The position numbers and the translations under genes are program-made. Source: Fonticula alba ATCC 38817 (Eukaryota > Protista > Nucleariida). Taken from it: DNA of 34,356 bases. A model generated the notes under the pieces. That model ran no database searches, was not told the origin of the DNA, and worked only from the letters and a program-made list of their open reading frames with translations. Where the stretch lies: NCBI GenBank assembly GCA_000388065.2, contig KB932202.1. One strand, written 5' to 3'. The stretch's first letter is position 1. Each line of letters opens with the position of its first letter. Shown here in pieces: positions 10,755 through 20,913 of this stretch.

Positions 10755-12493
10755 ATGTTGCCGGATGGTTTCGCCGTGCGCCGCGGCCCGCCGCCCTGCC
10801 GTCTGCTCCTGGCCCTCCTCGCTCTGGCTCTTCAGGCTCTCTTCCACCTGTCGCTGGCAGCACCTGGATCGATCCCAGCTTCTGGGGTCAATCACTCCGC
10901 CCAGCACCTGTGGCTGGTCGGCGTGGCTCCTGGTCGTACGCTCTGCTTTTGAAAATGCCCTCCCTCTGCCGCCCCGTCTGCGTATGCTCACGCTCCCGTC
11001 CTCCGTTTCCCGCGGGCCTTGAAACGTCCAACAGTCGTCCACCGCTATCCGCCGGCCGGGGTTGACATCGACCGCGGGACCTTCACTTGTCTGGACGGAT
11101 CTCGGACGGTTCCCCTGTCGGCTGTCAACGATGACTATTGCGACTGCCTGGGCGATGGCTCGGACGAGCCGGGAACCAGCGCCTGTGCCACCAGCCTGCG
11201 AACGGCATACAACTGGCCTGTGGGAGGGGCCACGCTGCCAGTCACCGCTGGCTCCCCGCCGGGGATCCCCCAATTGCTTACTTTCCACTGCGCCAATGCA
11301 GGGCATGTGCCGACAGTCATCCCGGCGAGTCGAGTGGGTGATGGGATCTGCGACTGCTGCGACGGATCGGATGAGCTGGTAGCATGGCAACTGCAGCACC
11401 AGCTGGAGCATCTTGTGGGTAATGGCTCGGCCGTGGTCGAGTCCTCCGGGCCCCGCTGTCCGAACACCTGTGCCGCCCAGGCAGCCCAGTGGGAGCGCCA
11501 GCTTCTCCGCAATCGCCTCGGTGCCATCCAGCGGCTGAAGAACATCCGCGACTCGCGAGAGAGCCTCCTGCAGACCCAGCGCCAGGCTGACGAGAAGCTT
11601 CCCCAGTTGCTAAAGACTCGGGAAGAGCACGATGAACTGAAGGGTACGTGGCTCCTCCGGGAGGCGGGGGGGGGGGGCCTTGTTGGGGCTATATGGGTGA
11701 CATATACTGACTGCCATCACCACCATCCCTTTCTCTCTCCATCTCTTCGACACCCCTGATGTAGTTGCTTTCGAGGATATCACCAAAAAGAAGGAGGATG
11801 CCTTCGCCGAGTACGAGGGTGTGTATCGCGCATGAGTGTGTCAACGCCGAACCGGCGTCGAGACAGCTTACTGACTTTCCATCCCCCCCCCCCCCCCCCC
11901 AGCCATCAGGGCCGAGCGTCAGAGGATTCGCAACCGCGAGGAGGCAGTTGAACGCCTGACCGGCACGCCGAGCGTCCCGCCAACTTCTCCACCCGAGGAG
12001 GTATCCCCTTGGCAAGCCCACTTGCTCGCCCATTTTCCCACAATAACGAGCATCTACTTACCACCGTCCTTATGTGTGTTCCTTCCCCGCCCCCCCCCCC
12101 CCTCCCCCGGTCTAGGGCGACTCTGGGGCACCAGGCGCCGGCACCCCTCAGGCTGAGGACGACTACTACGAGGATACCTATGAGGAGCTGGAAGATCCGG
12201 CCTACCCATATGACATCCTGATTGGTGCCTGATCTACCTCCTCTTGCTGCCTCCTTGCTCCCCCTCTCCCTTTCCTGCCATCTCCAACTTACACGCCCAC
12301 CCGCGGGGCCGTGGGAATATGTGCCAAGCCTACAATGCGTTGCAGCGGAAATGGTCCGCGGCTAAGGCCCGACTGACTCGCCTACAGGACCAGCATGAGC
12401 GCCTGAGCAAAATCGCCTCGGACAACTACGGCCCGGATGGGGCCTTCTACCACCATCGGCACAAGTGCCTTTCATTTGACTCGGGGTATGTCG

Positions 12494-12526
<33 letters not shown>

Positions 12527-13483
12527 TGTGTGTGCGCCCATCTTGCGATGGCGGCCACCGCTGCTCGGCACACCCAATGAAACCTGCCTCCTCTCTGACC
12601 CTCAATGTGACATGCCAGGGATCGCTTCCGGATTTGCCCCTTCGACACGAATGTCATCCGGAAGATGAGCCGCGAGCGCTTCAACCTCGGCTCTTTCGCC
12701 ACGTGGACTCCGGCCGAGGGGGTGGTCGAACTGCCGGGGACCGGGCGCCTCGGCCCGGATGCGGTGCCCCCGTTTCCGGACACTTCGGCTGCCGGAGTCC
12801 GGGGGCACGTACATCCTCGCTTGGTTGCCGCCGACCCGGACTCCATCCTGATCCCTCCGCGGCAGTCGCCGGTTCTGCGGCAGGTCTTCGACAAGGGATC
12901 CCCATGCTCGCAAGAGCATTCCGGCGATCTGGCCGGGCGCTTTTCCTCGACCATCCAGTTTGTCTGCCGCGGTCTGGACGATGGGGTGGTTCTTTCGTAC
13001 CAGGAACGCGATCGCTGCCACTATGACTTCGTGGTGGCCTCGGTCGGTGCATGCACCGGGGAGGCTATCGGCGGGGACACCTGGTGGGATACCCCGGAGG
13101 GCATGGCCCTGCTGGATGCCCATGGCCTCACTGCGCCAAGCAGCGCCGAGGGCCCGAGTGGCGACCAGAGCCCCCAGCCCCCAGTGGCCCCCGAGGCGCC
13201 CCTGCCCACGGGCACCCTCCAGACCCCCGACACGATGCTGCCCACTGAGACACCCATGATGCCCTCGGAGACCCCGGCAGCCGCCCTGCCGGGTGCCGCC
13301 CCCTCGCCGATCCCCCGGCCACCGGGCTCGGTCATGGTGGAGCATAGTTCCGCACCGCCACCGGCGCATGCGGATGACGGTGCAACGAACGGCGAGTCGA
13401 CCGACTCCCAGATGGCCCGGCAGGCCCACGCCCACACGCACCCGGTCCTGCACGGCCACCCGCACGACCACTCGGAGCTCTGA
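10755..13483 (+). CDS. PRKCSH: Glucosidase II beta subunit-like protein (PRKCSH/Gtb1 family), 7 exons
   Basis: Exons 10755-10935, 11035-11643, 11765-11818, 11903-12000, 12116-12224, 12329-12485 and 12619-13483. Hydrophobic signal-like N-terminus; [33 protein letters not shown] and [15 protein letters not shown] modules; coiled coil; acidic patch; [10 protein letters not shown]...RICPF MRH-like domain; C-terminal HSEL. Orthology versus paralogy is not established. Confidence 0.85.
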
Positions 13484-13961
13484 ATAGATGTTAATCGGCC
13501 ACGATTAACACACCCGTCTGGCAGCCGAATGATGTGCTGGATTATCCGATCGCCGGGTCTTGTCATTCTGGGCAGGGGTGTGTTGGGTGCTGTTGCGTGT
13601 GTATGTGGGGGGGGGGCGAAGAAACGGAGACAGGAAACCTCGATCTGGGTAGGCCCTGCCATATCCCTCTCTTTTGTGTATGGCACTGGAGCGTCCCCTC
13701 TGCAGCCACAGCCTGGAGCTGAAAGCTCGGTCTCGCCCCGCGCCGCCTGGCGATGGGGCTGACGTGCTGCGCGCTTGTGCCGGCACCTCCTGACAGGCAC
13801 CAGAATGGAGCATGCGAACGTACCCCCGATGCGGCCCCCTCTCCTGCTGTCTAATCTCTCTCTCTTGCTCTTGCTCTCTCTCTCCTGTTGGCCCGGCGTT
13901 GCCGACTTCCCTGGGCATCTGCACATTGACAACGCAAAGACGTCATCAAAGTCGACCAGCC

Positions 13962-14001
<40 letters not shown>

Positions 14002-14362
14002 ACGGAGGATTACATGGGGATGATGGCCCGAGGGAGGGCGGCACGGGAAAACACCCGGGCAAGGCCGCAAGCGAGGGAGGTAGGAAACGGGAGGGGAACG
14101 CGCTCGCCTCCGCTCTGTGGCTTTCTCCTCTCGCTGCCCCTCTCCCTCCTCCTGTATGGCCGCGGGAGAGGAGGGAGGACGAGGAAAAGGACGCACAAGC
14201 AACACACACACACACACAACAAGGAAGATCTTCTCGTCGTCTCTCGTCTGCAAAGAAAATTGTATTGACGAAGGGCGTATATTAACAGGGATGTCACCGG
14301 ACAGGGGATCCCCCCGAAGGGGAAGACGGCCGCCCAAATGAATACTACTGTGGAGTGTCCAT

Positions 14363-15279
14363 TTACTTGCGGTTGAGGAGCTCCTGCTTGGCAGCCTTGT
14401 CGGCAGCGGACTTGGCGCGCATACCGCCGAACTTGACAGAGCGACGGAGCTGGCTGTGAACGCGAGAGGGGGGCGGCGCAGCAGCAGAGGAAGGGAGGAG
14501 GATCAGGGCGGCGAAAGGCGAAGGGGGTTAGGAAGGAGCGCCAGAAAGCCAACAAACGATGGAGACGACAGGGGGATGGGCAAGGAGGCGTGGTGCAGAA
14601 GCGCAGACGCCGATGGACGCACCCCTGGAGCAGGAAGACGTTGGTGCTGGTCTTGAGGGTGTCGACGGGGACAGTGGTGACGGCAACGGCGGGCTTCTTC
14701 TCGAGGGGGAAGAGGGGACCAGTGAACTGGACAGCGTTCTTGAGGTCCTCGTTGGTGGCCTTGGTGGCGTTCTTGGGGAAGACAATGAGCTTCTCCTTGT
14801 AGGCCTTCAGGCGAGCAACGTTGGCATCGAGGGACTCCTGAGAGCGGTTCTTGCGGCGGTGGTCGACGGCAATACCGATGGAGAGGGCCTTGCGCTTGCA
14901 GACGCCAGCGAGCTGTTTCGGGCGGCAGCGCGGAAAAAGGAGGAGAGGAGGAAGAAGAAGAAGAAGAAGAGGTGAGTAGGAGAGGGGGACAACGTGGAGA
15001 TGCGCGGCGAGAGGGGGGGAAAGGGAGAAAGCGCACCTTGAGCTCCTCGAGGGTGAAGCCACGGCCAAGGCGGACCTTAGCGTTGTACTTCTGGGTCTGG
15101 CAGTGGACGGCAGGGCGGAGGAGGCCGGCAACGGGGCGGGGGGCGATGGCGATGGCCTTCTGAGCGCGAGCAACACGACGGGCCTTCTTCTGGCCGGGCT
15201 GGTCGAACCAGGTCTTGACGTTGCGGAACCAGTGCTTGCGGAAGTGGGAGCCGGGGATGATGTGGTTGCCCTTGACCAT
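14363..15279 (-). CDS. RPL13: 60S ribosomal protein eL13, 3 coding exons
   Basis: Exons 15279-15037, 14912-14623 and 14453-14363. [35 protein letters not shown]...[34 protein letters not shown]|LAGV...[35 protein letters not shown]. Confidence 0.97.
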
Positions 15280-15414
15280 TGTGTCTGGAGAGGGGGGTGC
15301 GTGCGAAGCAAACAGAGAGGAAGGGAACGGTGTCAGGAGGGGGCAGAAAATGGTGATAGGGCGCAAGGGAAGGTGGCTGATAAAGGGGGGAGGTGCGCCC
15401 ATGAAAGGAGGGAC

Positions 15415-15431
15415 GTGGCGAACAGAAAGAG
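15415..15431 (-). promoter_or_regulatory. Putative TCT/5'TOP transcription start and short non-coding first exon of RPL13
   Basis: The minus strand reads CTCTTTCTGTTCGCCAC|GTCCCT..., then a pyrimidine-rich intron ending CTCCAG at 15285, five bases before the ATG. CTCTTT starts are typical of ribosomal protein genes. The TSS position is inferred. Confidence 0.45.
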
Positions 15432-18400
15432 CCCGCCCCCCAACGAGGGACACATGCATCGGATGTCGCCTCGGAGAAGATGCATCCGACGCATGTCTCC
15501 CAGGATGGAGGAAGGGCCCCATGTGCGCACACGCGCACTCCCACGCGCGGAGGAAGACACACATCGCCCCGGCTGCCCCGCCCGGCGGCTCTCTGTGTGC
15601 GAAGAGGGGAAGGAGGACGCCATATGCACGCGCCCAAGCGTGGTGCGAGGGCGCGCGGGCACACACACACACACAGACAGGTCCCGCCCAGGCGGATCTG
15701 ACAAGCAGGCGAACCCGGCGGGGCATGGCCATCCTTGCAAAGCGCGCGCACTCTCCTCCCTGTCGGAATCAGGCCGGCGATGTGGCGGACACGTGTATAT
15801 GACCGCCACCTCGCAGGCGGGGCGATCCAGGCACATGCCCAGGGAGATGTCGACACGACAGGGAGGACGAGAGAGAGCGCGAATGCAGGACAACGACCAC
15901 CGTCGTCTGCCAGTGTATCCACCAGGGGGAGATGCGCGCGGACGTGGTGACGATCCTCCGGCACACAGAGAAACCGCAAGTCAAGTGGCGGGACAATGAG
16001 ACGATGTCCCGGGCATCAGAGGCGCGATAGACAGGCTCTCCTGTGTGACTTCCTGGCGCGCGTCCGGAGGGGGAGGGAGGGCAGGCGGAGGACCGTGCCA
16101 TGGGGGGCAAGAGGGAGGGGAGGGGGGGGGGCGAGGCGAACCTGATTTCTCTGGGGACTGTAAAACCAACCAAAAAAAACAAAACAGTGTGAGATCTTCA
16201 AGTCCGGACTTGGCGAGCAGGGGGATGCCTCTTCAATGGAAGAGGCTGGCGCGAACTGGCTGCCCCCACTGGCCGACGCCCGCGGGCACGGATTCCGCGC
16301 AGGGGCCCCCCACCAGCGGGCGGTGCGAGAGGGCAGGTGGGGGGGGGGGGGGGGGGGTCGCGGAACACACCCACACCCACGGCGGCGCACCTCCACCAAG
16401 GACAAGGAAATGGGGTCCAGCACTCGGGCGAAGGCCTCGGGGGCTGCAGCGAGAGGAGGGCACTGCCACACCCCCGCCCCCACCCCCCGCCCCCACCCCC
16501 CGCCCCCCAGGCCGGATTACTCCGCCCCTCATCCCGCCCCCGTCCCCCAGCCCCAAGGCCCGGCCCAAGCACACACACACACACACAAACATGCGTGGCT
16601 ACACTACCACCTGGCCACCCGCCCCCGGGTCGGGGGAGGGGGTGCGCGCGGCCAACCCGCCACGCTCTCCCTGCCAGCACACGCCGGCAACTCCTCCCCC
16701 CAAGGGGACCCCACCGGTCCCGGGCACACAATACCGCGCACCGTTCTCTCCCCAGCAGGCGCGCGGAACGGCGACCGAGGAAGCAGACTCTCCACTCCCG
16801 GCATTTTTCGCGTCCCCGCCCGTGCTCCCACTGCCAGCGGCGGACGACCGCCCGTGCCCTGACCGCAGCAGGGAGCTCCAGTCACTCCCCACGCACGCGC
16901 GGGTCCTCGGGTCCGGCCGGCGCGCCGGGCTCTGCCGCCCTGCTCCTCCCGCGGACCATGCACCTGGCCCGGGGGAGGTCCAAGTCCTGCTGGCCAAGAC
17001 GGATCGAAAATGGGCGAGTGAACGCAAGGTTCCCCCCCCCCCCCCCCCGGTGTGTTCACCTCAGAACCACGCCGGCGGCCAGAACCCTTGGCCCGCGCGA
17101 ATCTCCAAATTTTGAATAATGCCGCAGGGCCCATGGCTCGAGGCGCTGGCACTCCAAGGCAAGGTCAACCCTGCCCCAACATACTCCGGTGGCCAGGCGG
17201 TCCGGAGACACTTGCTATCAGGAACCCCGACAAGAAGGGAGGCGGGAAGTGTGGCCGAACTCCGCTAGGGTGTGTGGCTGCTCCATCTTTGACACCTCCG
17301 AAAAAGTGGGCCCAAAGTCCGAAACCTTGAAAGGTGACCAATAATAATTCGCGAAATATAAGCCGTAGGGAGGCCCATCTCCAGAATCCCATACGTGGCA
17401 GAATGATAGGGCCCCGCGTTCGGCGTAAAATCGCACACACGTTACCACCACGAATCACTTACATACTCCATTGCCTTTTTTGTATGGAAATAGCATTTCA
17501 AGCACAACATTGCTATTCCAGCCGGGCTCCTTTCCGACGGAGGTGCGCCCTCCTTCCCCGAGCATGTCTACACTCTTGTGCTGATGCTCCTCCTGCCGGC
17601 TAGCATGGTCCAATTTCCCCGGTCGGCGGGCACCTTCCGAGGGGGGGTGCCGTGTGCAAGGCGGGGGGGGAACCACACGGAGGCCAGTGCCCGTTTGTCG
17701 CATTTCTAGCCCCCCCCCCCCCACGCGGGCGTATGTCTGATCACCGAACTTTCGTCCAAGAGGGGGCGGGTGCCTTTTTTGCGGGAGGCTGGAGGGGTCT
17801 CTCCTCGCCTCCTCCCACACCCAGATGCATGTGCCTGGGGTCCCCACACTTGAGACCGGTCTGCCGTCCCCATGCAGTTCAGCATGGGGCATTGTTGGAT
17901 GTGCAAGCAGCACATTGCCAGGGGAGGCGGGGGCATGGTTTTTTTTTTTTTTTTGCGCGCGAGTGTGTTCCCCATTTGCCCACCGTGCCGCCTCCAAGTT
18001 CGGATGCCTCCACACAGCCTGCGAGAGGAGGCAGCCCTGGATGTGCTGATGCATGGCAAGTGCCCGTCAGGGGGCTTTCACCTTTTCTGGGAGGTTGCTG
18101 CCTTCTTCCCTCCCCCCNNNNNNNNNNNNNNNNNNNNNNNNNNNNNNNNNNNNNNNNNNNNNNNNNNNNNNNNNNNNNNNNNNNNNNNNNNNNNNNNNNN
18201 NNNNNNNNNNNNNNNNNNNNNNNNNNNNNNNNNNNNNNNNNNNNNNNNNNNNNNNNNNNNNNNNNNNNNNNNNNNNNNNNNNNNNNNNNNNNNNNNNNNN
18301 NNNNNNNNNNNNNNNNNNNNNNNNNNNNNNNNNNNNNNNNNNNNNNNNNNNNNNNNNNNNNNNNNNNNNNNNNNNNNNNNNNNNNNNNNNNNNNNNNNNN

Positions 18401-18498
18401 NNNNNNNNNNNNNNNNNNNNNNNNNNNNNNNNNNNNNNNNNNNNNNNNNNNNNNNNNNNNNNNNNNNNNNNNNNNNNNNNNNNNNNNNNNNNNNNNNC

Positions 18499-18678
18499 CC
18501 CCCCCCCCCGCTCTCTCTCTCTCTCTCTCTGCCACTTCCTGTTCAGTGGGTCATGATCCCGCCCCCAACACAGTGTACGCACATGCCCCCCCCCCCCCCG
18601 CCCTCTCTCTCTCTCTCTCTGCCACTTCCTGTTCAGTGGGTCATGATCCCGCCCCCAACACAGTGTACGCACATGCCC
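18499..18678. repeat. About 90-bp tandem duplication next to a 381-N gap
   Basis: Two copies of polyC-(CT)n-GCCACTTCCTGTTCAGTGGGTCATGATCCCGCCCCCAACACAGTGTACGCACATGCCC with period 90. It abuts the gap at 18118-18498 and may be artefactual. Confidence 0.7.
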
Positions 18679-18895
18679 GGCTTCTTGCCCCTCTCCCCCC
18701 TCCTCCTCCTTGTCTCTTCCCAATGACGATCAACAGGCATTTGTCTGAATGGTCCTTGACCCTGACGATAAAACCCAGCTACCTAATTCTCTTCCGAGGA
18801 AACGCCCCCATTCTCTTTCCTTCCTCCCCTCTTCTCCCCTCTCCCGATCTCCTCTGTCTCTCTCTAACTCCCTCTTCTTTCTTCTCCGTTTCCAG

Positions 18896-19560
18896 TCTTT
18901 GCACGGACCGCTCGTCGACAGCCCCTTCTCCTCTCCTCTTGGTCACCAGCACGGCCTGCCTCATTCCGCCCCCAGTTTCATGGTACATATGCCCCTCTCT
19001 TCCCCTCCCCCCTCTCTCCTTACTGCATCCCCCGAAGTGAAGACCAAGATTCTCTAGATTCACCGTGATCGTTTTAAAACTACAATTCTCTGATTGCATT
19101 TCCCCTTTCTCTCTCCTTCTCTTTCCTCTTCCCTTTCCGTCCTTCTAACAATTCCTCCCTTTTTAGGCATTCTCTCCCTCGAGCTATGGCGCATCATATC
19201 CCCCATATGTGCCTTCTCCTCGCCGATGTACCTGCCTCTTTCCACACTGTGTACGTCCCCCCCTCTCCCCCCTCCCCCTACCCCCCACCCATCCACATGC
19301 ACCTTCCCCATGTATGTGTGTCCTCCCACATTTGTCACAGGGTGGGCTTTCCTCTGCCTGCCTCGTCTCTTCTTTCTCCGGGAGATGTCGAGTTTGGCAA
19401 GAGAGAGGGCTCCATGGCGCGCTCGCCCTTGTGCATCAATGTGTGGTTGGAGAGAGGAGCTCCTCTTAATGATGGTGTAATTTGCGTACGAGAAGATGAT
19501 CGGAGACACACGCCAGTGTCATCAATCCATCATCCATCGCTGACTTCCAAATCTCTCTGA
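18896..19560 (+). other. Candidate unannotated spliced exons, product unknown
   Basis: Candidate exons 18896-18982, 19167-19250 and 19341 onward. Splice signals: CTAAC...TTTCCAG, GTACAT, CTAAC...TTTTAG, GTACGT, CACAG. All three frames are open in the first two exons. Confidence 0.3.
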
Positions 19561-20913
19561 ACCCTCCTCCTCTTTCGCGCTCTCTCTCCCCACCCCCCTC
19601 CGCCTCGCTTGCCTTTTCTAACACACGCCCCTCCTCCTCCAGACCCCGCCTTTTGTGCTCTCCCCGGGTGCCGCACGCGCCTCCCTCCCGTCGTGTCTTC
19701 ACGTACGGCGAGGCCGGCCTCCTGTGCACTCGCGGCTGCGCGCTGCCAGGCTCGCATGGTGCTCGTTCACCGCGTTCCTCCTCTCTTCTTTTTTCTTAAA
19801 AATTGAAATTTGAGATCTTCTCAGGGCGGGGGGCGGAGGGGCAGAGGGGCGAGGGGAGGCAAGACAGGAGGGGGAGCTGCGGTTGATAGTGAGAGAGAGC
19901 CACGGAAGGCGCCCGGCATGCGTATGTGTGTGTGTGTGTGTGTAGCAGATGTCCCTCTTGTGTATCAGCAGTGCCGTATTGCGGGACACAGGACTTCCTC
20001 CACGTTGACGCGCATGTGGCTCTAGTCCCTTTTGGCGAAGGAGGAGGGGGGGAGAGGACCAGTGCAGATGCTCCCACCAGGCGTCCGGATAGATGCCCGG
20101 AAATCCTGGCCAGATGCCAGCGGACTGGGCCCCTCTGTTCGCGCATTGCCCTCTCTGCCCTTGGGGGGGGGGCGGGGTGGCTCGAGCGCGGAGCACGTCT
20201 GCCTGCCCGGTCTGTGAGAGTGTGCCCACACGGATGTGTCTCTCTGGTGTATGTGTGTGTGTGTGTGTGTGCAGGTGGCTCCAAGAAGACAGGACGAGGG
20301 GTCGGGGGCTGCGGCTGCCGCGATCGTCTCCACTTCGGTGTCTAGTGTTCCCGGGAAAAGGATCGCTCCGGGCCCAAATGTGCCCCCCCCCCCCCCCAGG
20401 GGTCTCGTGCCCCGTTTGTCGCCTCTGGGCGTTCCCCGTCTTCCGGGGCCCGGCCACCGGGACTGTCTCGATGGGCGGGGTGTTGTGTCGCGAGCTTCGG
20501 ACGCTTCGCGAACATCCGGCTTGCTTGAGGTGACATATGCCTCGCCCCNNNNNNNNNNNNNNNNNNNNNNNNNNNNNNNNNNNNNNNNNNNNNNCCCCCC
20601 TGCTCGCCCGCCTCTCCCTCCCAGCTGGTCGTATCTGTCGGTCGGTTCCCACGTTGAGACGGGATTGGGCGCGCATTTTCCCACACATACACCCTGGGCA
20701 GGCCGGACAGACGAGGACATCCTCCCCACTGGTGGTGATGCATACCACCGTCTCCGCCGATCGGGCTTCTGCCAGGATTGGTTTTTCAGCTACTCATCTT
20801 CGGGCAGGACACCGTTCCGGAGCATCGCCTCTCCTCTGAGCCCCTCCCGTCATCGGCTCCTGTCCTCATCTCTTCGTTCCTTTCTTGCCATCCCCTCTTG
20901 CCTACTCATTACC

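Noticed and set aside
12495-12532. (CA)n followed by (GT)n forming an intronic hairpin
   Set aside because: It is a short stem made of two very common microsatellites and is expected by chance.
14454-15036. Intronic snoRNAs in RPL13
   Set aside because: No C/D box pair or H/ACA arrangement is visible in either intron.
18499-18678. The 90-bp tandem repeat as a duplicated micro-exon or array
   Set aside because: There are only two copies, bounded by polyC runs and adjacent to a gap, so mis-assembly is more likely.
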